Assembly: GCA_965235115.1 (NCBI GenBank)
Contig: OZ249436.1
Span: 23,810,001 to 23,874,000, forward strand
Direction of reading: 5' to 3'
Length of the DNA stretch: 64,000 nt
Source of the DNA: Laetmonice hystrix
Taxonomy: Eukaryota
Shown: piece by piece, positions 1 to 12,230 of the stretch
Numbering within the stretch: position 1 is the first letter of the stretch
How the letters are laid out: every line of letters begins with the position of its first letter
Translations under genes and position numbers: made by a program
The notes under the pieces: model-generated
What the model was told of the DNA's origin: nothing
The model's database searches: none
The model's input: the letters and a program-made list of their open reading frames with translations, nothing else

Positions 1-2256
1 GTTTAATAGTAGGCCTAATTATGGTCCTATCTAGCACCGTTTACAGACCACTGAAAATCCTTAGAAAATGTGAATGACGTCACTATGACGTCATAGTTTA
101 TACGTCACGATAGGTAAAAATGTTGGTGTCAATTGCAAGAGTATTTAAGACTTACTATTCATGTTGAGTAGTAACCATGGCTCTATAATACCGTTTCAGA
201 GTTACAGTCATTTGTTTCTCAAAAATGGCTATGACCCAAATTCAATGTCACATGCCATTTCTCTTGTTTCAAAGTTTAGCACCTGGTCGCACCCCCCCCC
301 CCCCCCCCCCTGGCAATATCCCGGGTCATGGGCTGCCACATATCGCCATGTGGGAGGAAGGGGGTCCCCGATAAAATATAATATTTAGCCGACATATTGA
401 TATGTGACCATCCCTGGCCCAGATATTCTCCATCCAATACAATACAATATGTTTATTCACAACCTCGATGGAGGCAAAGGAACAGGGTCAGGGATTGTAT
501 CTTATAGTAGCACTGCTCACTCCATTTGCCACCGCCAGGGCCCAGCCCCCTAGCGTGAGGACAGTGTATAGTCGAGACGTGCTGCTACCTGGTGTCAAAC
601 TTCGCCCCCCCCCCCCCCCCCCCACGGTTGATTGTGTGCTAACAAGATGGGTTTTTGATTTCTTACTCTAGCCATTTCCTTAGCCAAAACGCAGCCATAC
701 TTTTTAAAACGTTACACACAAGAAGCTATAAATGTTTAATCTATACATCGACTTTCAAAGCAAAAGTCTACATTAAATATTTACAAAGACAGGCAGCAGT
801 AGCAATTCAAAGCCATAGCATTAAGCAGAAAGTCATAGCTCTTCAGAAAAGTATATGCTTGATGTGCGACAGGTCTGGCGTTCGATTCCCCATCAAGTCA
901 TTTGCTGTTTTCGTTTTGATGTTGTTTTTCGACTGAATTTGAAAAATATTATGTTTCTCCCCTTTACAATTGCCAGTCATTCGGCTACAGATAATTTACA
1001 GCTATATTTCACGTTTAATGACGAAATATACAGCATACGCCACTGTCTGCAGTGTGGACTTACTATGGAGAACGCCATTGGATTTAACTGAGTTTTGTTA
1101 GTAAATAGCTTCGGTCTTCACATGGCGAGTTCCATTCCGAGACTTGGAATCTCCTCTTCAAAGTTGCCTGACATTGAGCTAAATATCTACTTGAAGTACT
1201 CCCCATAGTTTTAGGCAGAAATATTAGATACTTATTAATACAGAGGGCGATAGGCTCAGCGTCCACAGTCGGCCCATCACGCGGACACCAAGCGAGGCCC
1301 CGACATCACTCACGAAACCAGGTTTCTAGGTCAATCGATCAGTGGTCAAATTGCCTGTCTCTCTTCACGACCTTCTCTTATATAATTGATCTCCGTATTG
1401 TTAATTATACATTTTGCCAATTGAAATTTATATTATCTTAAAGTAGACAGTTTAAAGTCCACACCGTGTAAATATTAAAACGCTGAGCTTATTGTCCTGT
1501 AGTTGAGACGTGCCCCAAATTAAGAAAGAGATGACGTTGTAGATGACGTTGTAGATGACGTCACAAGTCACGTGGCACAAAAAATATGGTACCTAATTAA
1601 AGTAGACATAAAACTTTCTAAGGTTCATTAAGAATTATGGCTCTGTCTCAAATCATTCAAGAGTTACAGCACAGAATCTTCGAAATGACCTAAGTCAAGC
1701 CCAAGTTCAAAACTTTCAGGTCACGTGGTTCAGCGAAAATAGGTCAAATCGCTTATCCACCAAGGAATCTGTTGGAGCTGTCCCTAGAGAGTGCCTCTGC
1801 GAAATATTGTCAAGAATTATCCAAAAATGGGGAAGAAGTAATGATTTAACCGATTTACGAGCTAGGGACCAGGTCTCTCTAAGTTCAAAGGTCAAAGGTC
1901 AAATGAAGGGTCAGACTTATGCAGCACCCTTGCCCGACTAAAATGCCAAGACGGATTTTCGAAATTCCCAAGATGAGGTTCAAAAATGAGCTTTAATGTA
2001 CACAACACGTTTCACGTCATGACGTCATGACGTGACGTTACGTGACGTCATGACGCACCATGAGATCAGAGTTTGTCATCGTGAAGACGTAGCCCAAGTT
2101 TCATTGAGATATCTTGAAAAATGACTGAGATATACGTATAGGTTTACGACTACTACGACTACGACTACTACTACTACTACTACTACTACAGGCATAAAAA
2201 TAAGGAAGACGAAACCAGACAATTTCAAGATCCCTTCCCCTATCGGGGGAAGGGAT
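1..2256 (-). mobile_element. HINE-like element, family D copy 1 (3' part outside the window)
   Basis: Near-identical to 13192-15454. Ends in (ACT)n and the hairpin ATCCCTTCCCC-TATCG-GGGGAAGGGAT (2230-2256). Confidence 0.8.
433..540 (-). mobile_element. Possible LINE (CR1/L2-like) 3' tail carried inside family D (second copy ~13647-13755)
   Basis: Minus strand ends ...GTTGTGAATAAACATATTGTATTGTATTG: AATAAA followed by a short (TATTG)n tail. No recognisable RT peptide. Confidence 0.3.
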
Positions 2257-2263
2257 AATAATA

Positions 2264-2318
2264 GGGAAGACGAAACCACACAATTTCAAAATCCCATCCC
2301 CCACTTGGGGGATGGGAT
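2264..2318 (-). mobile_element. Unmatched 5' terminus of a family A element (host of D copy 1)
   Basis: GGGAAGACGAAACCACACAATTTCAAA plus hairpin ATCCCATCCCCCA-CT-TGGGGGATGGGAT, matching the family A termini at 5388-5565. Confidence 0.75.
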
Positions 2319-2329
2319 AATAATAATAA

Positions 2330-5300
2330 CTAGAAACACTGATTGCTGAAGCAATACAGGGATCCCATCCCCCTGGTTATCATCACTTGTCAACACGTTG
2401 TGAACCCTGATGCAGTGCACACTGGGAAACTGTCGTGCCAAGCCACCTCTCAGATTCCATAACATGAAAACTATTGATTTTAGAGAAGCCATCTTGGTGT
2501 CACATACAGTTGACCTATTAAAAAATCTTGGATTGGTCTATTTGAATGCAATTACAAAATATCCTTTGGTAATCAGTACCAGTTCAATCCTATAATCACA
2601 TGTCTGAATTGCGTGGCGATGGTCAAGAGTGTTCGACTCCAATCGGAGAGGTCCTGGGATCAATCCAGGTACTCGGCATGTTTTTCACTTTTTTATTTTT
2701 CCCCCCTAATTTTTTAAAATAGTCACGTGACCTAAAAAAAATTATATAATAAAGAGCATATGTGACTTCCTATTCATGTACAATAGTAACCAAGGCTCCA
2801 TCTTTCACCGTTTAGAAGTTACAGCCAATTGTTTCTGAAAACGGCCATGACCCCAACTTCAATGCCACGTGGTACCCCTAAAATAGGTCACAGCGCTTTA
2901 TCATAAAGAAGCCCATTGAAGATCTCCATGGAGATTTCCTGAAATCAATTTGGGGTCGATTTGACCAAAAATGTGGGGCGTGAAACCATTTTGTCACTTT
3001 TTGACATATGACTTACATCTCAAGAAGGTTAAAGGTCAGGGGTCAAATGTAGTAACAAAGTTATGGGCACTTAAGTGATAAGGTCCCCGATATGAATAAA
3101 TTTTGTTCTGCTCCTCCAGGGACTCTAGAAATAAGCTATTTTCCCCAACTTTTGATTACGTCATAACTCTATGACGGTACGTCATATGACGTCATGCATA
3201 TAAAAATGAGTTGCGATGCCCATGAGCAAGAGTCCCACCAAGTTTCATTACGATACCTTAAGAAACAACTGAGAAATCGATCATTGTTAACTACTACTAC
3301 GGGTACTACTACTAATACTACAACTACAACAGGTATAATAATAATAACTAGAAACACTGATTGCTGAAGCAATACAGGGATCCCATCCCCCTGGTTATCA
3401 TCACTTGTCAACACGTTGTGAACCCTGATGCAGTGCACACTGGGAAACTGTCGTGCCAAGCCACTTCTCAGATTCCATAGCATGAAAACTATTGATTTTA
3501 GAGAAGCCATCTTGGTGTCACAGACAGTTGACCTATTAAAAAATCTTGGATTGGTCTATTTGAATGCAATTACAAAATATCCTTTGGTAATCAATACCAG
3601 TTCAATCCTGTAATCACATGTCAGAATTGCGTGGCGATGGTCAAGAGTGTTCGACTCGCATCGGAGAGGTCCTGGGATCAATCCCGGTACTTGGCATGTT
3701 TTTTACTTTTTTTATTTTCCCCCCTAATTTTTAAAAATAGTCACGTGACCTAAAAAAATTATATAATGAAGAGCATATATGACTTCCTATTCATGCTCAA
3801 TAGTAACCAAGGCTCCATCTTTCACCGTTTAGAAGTTACAGCCAATTGTTTCTGAAAACGGCCATGACCCCAACTTCAATGCCACGTGGTACCCTTAAAA
3901 TAGATCACAGCGCTTTATCCTAAAGAACCCTATTGAAGGTCCCCATGGAGATTTCCTGAAATCAATTTGGGGTCAATTCGATCAAAAATGTAGGGCGTGA
4001 AACAATTTTGTCACTTTTTGACATATGACTTACATCTCAAGAAGGTTAAAGGTCAGGGGTCAAATGTGGTAACAAAGTTATGGGCACTTAAGTGATAAGG
4101 TCTCCGATATGAATAAATTTTGTTCTGCTCCTCCAGGGAGTCTAGAAATAAGGTATTTTCCCCAACTTTTGATTACGTCATAACTCTATGACGTTACGTC
4201 ATATGACGTCATGCATATAAAAATGAGTTGCTATGCCCATGGGCAAGAGTCCCACCAAGTTTCATTACGATACCTTAAAAAACAACTGAGAAATCGATCA
4301 TTGTTAACTACTACTACGGGTACTACTACTACTACAACTACAACAGGTATAATAATAATAATAACTAGAAACACTGATTGCTGAAGCAATACAGGGATCC
4401 CATCCCCCTGGTTATCATCACTTGTCAACACGTTGTGAACCCTGATGCAGTGCACACTGGGAAACTGTCGTGCCAAGCCACTTCTCAGATTCCATAGCAT
4501 GAAAACTATTGATTTTAGAGAAGCCATCTTGGTGTCACAGACAGTTGACCTATTAAAAAATCTTGGATTGGTCTATTTGAATGCAATTACAAAATATCCT
4601 TTGGTAATCAATACCAGTTCAATCCTGTAATCACATGTCAGAATTGTGTGGCGATGGTCAAGAGTGTTCGACTCGCATCGGAGAGGTCCTGGGATCAATC
4701 CCGGTACTTGGCATGTTTTTTACTTTTTTTATTTTCCCCCCTAATTTTTAAAAATAGTCACGTGACCTAAAAAAATTATATAATGAAGAGCATATATGAC
4801 TTCCTATTCATGCTCAATAGTAACCAAGGCTCCATCTTTCACCGTTTAGAAGTTACAGCCAATTGTTTCTGAAAACGGCCATGACCCCAACTTCAATGCC
4901 ACGTGGTACCCTTAAAATAGATCACAGCGCTTTATCCTAAAGAACCCTATTGAAGGTCCCCATGGAGATTTCCTGAAATCAATTTGGGGTCAATTCGATC
5001 AAAAATGTAGGGCGTGAAACAATTTTGTCACTTTTTGACATATGACTTACATCTCAAGAAGGTTAAAGGTCAGGGGTCAAATGTGGTAACAAAGTTATGG
5101 GCACTTAAGTGATAAGGTCTCCGATATGAATAAATTTTGTTCTGCTCCTCCAGGGAGTCTAGAAATAAGGTATTTTCCCCAACTTTTGATTACGTCATAA
5201 CTCTATGACGTTACGTCATATGACGTCATGCATATAAAAATGAGTTGCTATGCCCATGGGCAAGAGTCCCACCAAGTTTCATTACGATACCTTAAAAAAC

Positions 5301-5565
5301 AACTGAGAAATCGATCATTGTTAACTACTACTACGGGTACTACTACTACTACAACTACAACAGGTATAATAATAATAATAATAATAGGGAAGATGAAACC
5401 ACACAATTTCAAAATCCCATCCCCCACTTGGGGGATGGGATAATAATAGGGAAGACGAAACCACACAATTTCAAAATCCCATCCCCCACTTGGGGGATGG
5501 GATAATAATAGGGAAGACGAAACCACACAATTTCAAAATCCCATCCCCCACTTGGGGGATGGGAT
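2330..5565 (-). mobile_element. Three nested family A HINE-like elements (~1.08 kb each): 2330-5565 > 3348-5503 > 4365-5441
   Basis: Three 3' ends (+ strand CTAGAAACACTGATTGCTGAAGCAATACAGGGATCCCATCCCC at 2330, 3348, 4365), then three stacked 5' hairpins (5414-5441, 5476-5503, 5538-5565). Confidence 0.85.
2602..2678 (+). promoter_or_regulatory. tRNA-derived Pol III A/B-box module in family A (also ~3619-3696, ~4636-4713)
   Basis: GTGGCGATGG (A-box-like) ... GGGATCAATCC (B-box-like), followed directly by T-runs. No canonical cloverleaf. Confidence 0.55.
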
Positions 5566-5567
5566 AA

Positions 5568-7296
5568 CTAGTCGCCAGGTGCCATGGGCACAGGTATCCC
5601 ATTCACCTATTGAGGTTATCATAGGTCGCGTGACCCAAAAAATATTGTGCCGAAGGAAAGATGACTTCCTTTGAGGGGCCATAACATGAAAACTATTGAT
5701 TTTAGGGGAGCCATTTCGGTGTCAGAGACAGCTGACCCATTACCCAATCCAACGGTATTAAAATCAAAAATTAGGTCAACTTGGCCGCCATGTTGGATTT
5801 TTCAAATTCGAGGAAAATGGGTCAAGTTTTCCATCCGAACCCCAATGACGAAAACCAGACGTTGATATCTTTAACCGTTTTAGAGATATCAATGATTTTT
5901 GGTTGAAAATGATCTAAAAGGGTCAACTTTGAGGGGCCATAACATGAAAACTATTGATTTTAGGGGAGCCATCTCGGTGTCAGAGACAGCTGACCCATTA
6001 CCCAATCCAATGGTGTTAAAATCAAAAATTAGGTCAACTTGGCCGCCATCTTGGATTTTTCAAATTCGAGGAAAATGGGTCAAGTTTTCCATCTTAACCC
6101 CAATGGCGAAAACCAGACGTTGATATCTTTAACCGTTTTAGAGATATCAATGATTTTTGGTTGAAAATGACCTAAAAAGGGTCATGGAGCCAGATGGGGT
6201 CACGTGACAGCATTTAAATAGGGAAATGAAAGGTGATATTAGATGTCCCATCAGTTTAGTTAGTAACAATGCACACATCTGGCTGTTTTTCCAAGTTACA
6301 GTCATCTGAAATTACCGATGACGTCATAGGGTCAGGTAGAGCCACGTGACCTAAATAAAAATGGTGTCATTTGAAAGGCCATATATGACTTCCTATCTGT
6401 CCCCAATAGTAACTATGGGCCTATCTAGCTCTGTTTCCAAGTTACTGCTAGCTGAAAATATCGATGACGTCATAGGATCACGTAGGGTCACGTGACCTAA
6501 ATAAAAATGGTGTCATTTGAAAGGCCATACATGACTTCCTATCTGTCTTCAATAGTAACCAATGGCCTATCTGGCTCTGTTTCCAAGTTACTGCTAGTTG
6601 AAAACACTGATGACGTCATGCAGCCATGTAGGGTCACGTGACCTAATTAAAAATGGTTTCATTTGAAAGGCCATCAATGACTTCCTATCTGTCTTCAATA
6701 GTAACTATGGGCCTATCTGGCTCTGTTTCCAAGTTATTACCACATATGTGTCATGAACATGTAAATTGACCCATCTACCAAAATTCAATGGCCCATATCT
6801 GGGTCAATATGGGTCAAATCGAATTTCTGTTGCGTAACTTTATGAATCCGGCCATGTAGTCTCTCAGGAGTCAATTTCAGCCTCATTTCCCTAAAATTCT
6901 GGCACGTGACACGATTTTGTCACATTTTGACCTTTGACCCATACCTCCAGAAGGTCAAAGGTCAGAGGTCAAACTGCCCTCCATAATTTAGCTAGTCACT
7001 TGTCCAATAATGATGATGGCAATAGTTTTTCGAAAGGTCTAATTTACAATGAAATACAGGCCTAAATATCTAGAACCGTTTTTACGTCATTACGTCATGA
7101 CGTTACGTCATATGACGTCATGGGTCAAATGGTCAACTTATCGTACCATGGCCAACCTATGTGCCAAGTTTCATTCAGATATCTTGAAAAACAATACCAA
7201 AGTTAACGGCACTACTACTACTACGGGAATAATAATAAAAAGGAAGATGAAACCATACAATTACAAAATCCCATTCACCTAGAAGGTGAATGGGAT
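5568..7296 (-). mobile_element. Family B HINE-like element, complete and uninterrupted (~1.73 kb)
   Basis: 3' end: CTAG, hairpin GTGCC-ATG-GGCAC, subTIR ATCCCATTCACC. 5' hairpin ATCCCATTCACC-TAGAA-GGTGAATGGGAT (7268-7296). Internal 258-bp duplication (5671/5929) and ~146-bp repeats. Confidence 0.85.
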
Positions 7297-9100
7297 AACT
7301 AGTCGCCAGGTGCCATGGGCACAGGTATCCCATTCACCTATTGAGGTTATCATAGGTCACGTGACCCAAAAAATATTGTGCCAAAAGAAAGATGACTTCC
7401 TTTGCGGGACCATAACATGAAAACTATTGAATTTAGGGGAGCCATTTCGGTGTCAGAGACAGCTGACCCATTACCCAATCCAATGGTATTAAAATAAAAA
7501 ATTAGGTCAAATTGGCCGCCATCTTGGATTTTTCAAATTCGAGGAAAATGGGTCAAGTTTTCCATCCAAACCCCAATGGCGAAAACCAGACGTTGATATC
7601 TTTAACCGTTTTAGAGATATCAATGATTTTTGGTTGAAAATGACCTAAAAGGGCCAACTTTGAGGGGCCATAACATGAAAACTATTGACTTTAGGGGAGC
7701 CATCTCGGTGTCAGAGACAGCTGACCCATTACCCAATCCAATGATGTTAAAATAAAAAATTAGGTCAACTTGGCCGCCATCTTGGATTTTTCAAATTCGA
7801 GGAAAATGGGTCAAGTTTTCCATCTTAACCCCAATGGCGAAAACCAGACGTTGATATCTTTAACCGTTTTAGAGATATCAATGATTTTTGGTTGAAAATG
7901 ACCTAAAAAGGGTCATGGAGCCAGATGGGGTCACGTGACAGCATTTAAATAGGGAAATGAAAGGTGATATTAGATGTCCCATGAGTTTAGTTAGTAACAA
8001 TGCACACATCTGGCTGTTTTTTTTCAAGTTACAGTCATCTGAAATTACCGATGACGTCATAGGGTCAGGTAGAGCCACGTGACCTAAATAAAAATGGTGT
8101 CATTTGAAAGGCCATATATGACTTCCTATCTGTCCCCAATAGTAACTATGGGCCTATCTAGCTCTGTTTCCAAGTTACTGCTAGCTGAAAATATCGATGA
8201 CGTCATAGGGTCACGTAGGGTCACGTGACCTAAATAAAAATGGTGTCATTTGAAAGGCCATACATGACTTCCTATCTGTCTTCAATAGTAACCAATGGCC
8301 TATCTGGCTCTGTTTCCAAGTTACTGCTAGCTGAAAACACTGATGACGTCATGCAGCCATGTAGGGTCACGTGACCTAATTAAAAATGGTTTCATTTGAA
8401 AGGCCATCTATGACTTCCTATCTGTCTTCAATAGTAACTATGGGCCTATCTGGCTCTGTTTCCAAGTTATTACCACATATGTGTCATGAACATGTAAATT
8501 GACCCATCTACCAAAATTCAATGGCCCATATCTGGGTCAATATGGGTCAAATCGAATTTCTGTTGCGTAACTTTATGAATCCGGCCATGTAGTCTCTCAG
8601 GAGTCAATTTCAGCCTTATTTCCCTAAAATTCTGGCACGTGACACGATTTTGTCACATTTTGACCTTTGACCCATACCTCCAGAAGGTCAAAGGTCAGAG
8701 GTCAAACTGCCCTCCATAATTTAGCTAGTCACTTGTCCAATAATGATGATGGCAATAGTTTTTCGAAAGGTCTAATGTACAATGAAATACAGGCCTAAAT
8801 ATCTGGAACCGTTTTTACGTCATTACGTCATGACGTTACGTCATATGACGTCATGGGTCGAATGGTCAACTTACCTTGCCATGGCCAACCTATGTGCCAA
8901 GTTTCATTCAGATATCTTGAAAAACAATACCAAAGTTAACGGCACTACTACTACGGGAATAATAACTAGTATAACAGATCGCAAAGCGATACTGGGATCC
9001 CATTCACCTCGAGCATTCTTTTAGCAATGGGGCAAGTATATACCATATAATGTCCCTTTAGCCACGCACTACCTATTTGCCGCGCACCCCAGAATAAGCA

Positions 9101-9536
9101 TGTCAGGCAGTATGGCTTGGTGGCAAGAAGTGGGACTCCCATTGGAAGGGTCCCGGGTTCAATCCCGGGACAAGTCACTTTTTAATTTTTTTGTTTTTCA
9201 CTCTCCAATTTTTTATAAATGGTTACGTGACCTAAAAAAAATCTATAATAAAAGGGCTTCCTGTCTGTCTTCAATAATCACTTAAGGCCTATCTGGCTCT
9301 GTTGCTAACATATTGCCAAGAATGTGTTAATTGACCGATGTACCAAATTTCAAGGGGTCATGTTTGGCTCTAACTTCATCCATTTACAAATTACAGCCCT
9401 CACAAAATATAGGTTCACTGCCTGTGATAATCAGTACCAGTTCAATCCAGAATGAGCATGTCAGACAGTATGGCTTGGTGGCAAGATGTGTGACTACCAT
9501 GGGACAGGACCTGAGTTCAATCCCGGGTCTAGTCAC
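9101..9536 (+). promoter_or_regulatory. Two tRNA-derived A/B-box modules in family C (9101-9177, 9459-9536; present in all eight copies)
   Basis: TGGCTTGGTGG (A-box) ... GGGTTCAATCC or GAGTTCAATCC (B-box), each followed by oligo-T. Confidence 0.6.
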
Positions 9537-10471
9537 GTTATTAATTTTTTTTGATTTTCCCCCTCTAATTTTAAAAAATGGTCACGTGACCTAAAAAAAA
9601 TATATAATAGAAGAGCATATATGAATTCCTATCTGTCTTCAATAGTAACTTAAGGTCTATCTGGCTCGGTTTCTAAGATATTGCTATGAATGTGTTAATT
9701 GACCCACGTACCAAAGTTCAAGGGCTCATAATTAGGTAAAAATGGGGGAGATCAAAATTCTGTGTCCGTAACTTTTCGAAACTCCCCATCTAGTCTCCCT
9801 AAACTCGATTTTGACTCAATTTGACTAAAATTCTGAAGCGTGAAAAGATTTGGTTCCATTTTGACCTATGACCTAGATCTCAACGAGGTCTAAGGTGAGA
9901 GGTCAAATTGCCCCCCAAAATCTTAGCCCCTACTTGCCCAATAAAGATGTCACTAATTGTTTTTCAAACGTTTCCATTTTCAATGAAATAGAGGCTCATA
10001 TATATAAACACGTATTACGTCATAACTCCATGACATAACGTCATATCACGTCATGACTCATATGCCTGATACCCAATCCCAATACCTATCTACAGACCAA
10101 GTTTCATTAAGATATCTTTAAAATAAATATCAAGTTGAGGCCCGAGGGTCACTACTACTACTACAGGAATAATAATAACTAGTGGCAAGGTGCCATTGGC
10201 ACAGGTATCCCATTCACCACTGGAGGTGACCATAGTCAAGTGCCCTCTCTAACAGCATTGAAACTATTAGATTAGGGGAGCCATCTCGGTGTCAGAGACA
10301 GCTGACCTATTACACAATCCAATGGTGTTAAATTAGGAAATTAGGTCAACTTGGCCGCCATCTTGGATTTTTTAAATTCAGGTCAAATGGGTTAAGTTTT
10401 CCACCCTCTGGTGAAAACCAGACATTGATATCTTTAACCGTTTTAGAGATATCAATGATTTTGGGTCACAT

Positions 10472-11750
10472 AGGGTCACGTGACCTAAATAAAAATGGTA
10501 CCATTTGAAAGGCCATATATGACTTCCTATCTGTCTTCAATAGTAACTATGGGCCTATCTGGCTCTATTTCCAAGTTACTGCTAGCTGAAAACACTGATG
10601 ACGTCATACAGCCATGTAGGGTCACGTGACCTAAATAAAAATGGTACCATTTGAAAGGCCATATATGACTTCCTATCTGTCTTCAATAGTAACTATGGGC
10701 CTATCTGGCTCTGTTTCCAAGTTACTGCTAGCTGAAAACACTGATGACGTCATACAGCCATGTAGGGTCACGTGACCTAAATAAAAATGGTGTCATTTGA
10801 AAGGCCATATATGACTTCCTATCTGTCTCCAATAGTAACTATGGGACTATCTAGCTCTGTTTCCAAGTTACTGCTAGCTGAAAATACCGATGACGTCATA
10901 CGGCCATATACGGTCACGTGACCTAATTAAAAATGGTGTTATTTGAAAGGCCATATATAACTTCCTATCTGTCCCCAATAGTAACTATGGGCCTATCTAG
11001 CTCTGTTTCCAAGTTACTGCTATCTGAAAATATCGATGACGTCATAGGGTCACGTGACCTAAATAAAAATGGTGTCATTTGAAAGGCCATACATGACTTC
11101 CTATCTGTCTTCAATAGTAACTAAGGGCCTATCTGGCTCTGTTTCCAAGTTACTGCTAGCTGAAAATACCGATGACGTCATAGGGTCACGTAGGGTCACG
11201 TGACCTAAATAAAAATGGTGTCATTTCAAAGGCCATACATGACTTCCTATCTGTTTTCAATAGTAACTAAGGGCCTATCTGGCTCTGTTTCCAAGTTACT
11301 GCTAGCTGAAAATACCGATGACGTCATAGGGTCACGTAGGGTCACGTGACCTAAATAAAAATGGTGTCATTTGAAAGGCCATACATGACTTCCTATCTGT
11401 CTTCAATAGTAACTAAGGCTTTATCTGCAACCATTTACAAGTTATGACCCTTAGAAAATCTAGGTGACCTCATTATGACGTCATAGGTCACGTGACCTTA
11501 AAAATAAAGGTCTATAATGAAAGATCATATATGACTTCCTATTAGTGTTCAATAGTAACTATAGCTCTATCTTCAACCATTTACTAGTTATAGCCCTTGG
11601 AAAATATAGGTGACCTCCTTATGACGTCATAGGTCACGTGACCTGAAAAATAAAGGTGGATAATGAAAGAGGATATATGACTTCCTATATGTGTTCCATA
11701 GTAACTTACCCTCTATCTTGCAGCGTTTTTGAGTTATAGCCACACCCCGA
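10472..11750. repeat. Internal tandem array of ~146-bp units (~9 copies) in B'
   Basis: AGGGTCACGTGACCTAAATAAAAATGG recurs at 10472, 10618, 10764 and onward; units carry GTCACGTGAC and TGACGTCA palindromes. Confidence 0.9.
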
Positions 11751-12230
11751 CTTTTGACCAGTTTTCCTCAACTTTGAGGTCACGTGACTCGCTTAATATA
11801 GGTCAGATCACTTATTCCCACCGTTCCTGTACTGAGGCCACTAATGTTCTTGCATGGGTTCAGTTTCATAGAATTTCTTTTAAATTTGAGGGAGTTGAAA
11901 GGATTTAAGCAATTTCTTTATTGTGACCTAGTTCTCCTATGGGCCAAAGGTCAAAGGTCAAACTGCCCTCCATAATTTTGCTAACCCCTTATCCAATAAT
12001 GATGATGGCAATAGTTTTTCAAAAAAGTCTAATTTACTATGAAATACAGGCCTATATATCTGGAACCGTTTTTACGTCATTACGTCATTACGTCATGACG
12101 TTACGTCATATGACGTCATGCGTCACATGGCCAACTCATCTTCCCATGGCCAACCTATGTGCCAAGTTTCATTGGGATATCTTGAAAATAGAGATACAAG
12201 TTAACGGAACTACTACAGGAATAATAATAA

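Noticed and set aside
2330..5441. Simple head-to-tail satellite or LTR/SINE tandem for the ~1-kb A and ~1.2-kb C repeats
   Set aside because: The 5' termini are displaced and stacked in numbers equal to the open 3' ends; no TSDs, poly(A) tails or TG...CA LTR ends.
9101..9177. Functional tRNA genes in families A and C and in the terminal array
   Set aside because: A/B boxes are present, but I could not fold a canonical acceptor and anticodon stem, and copies vary at the would-be anticodon.
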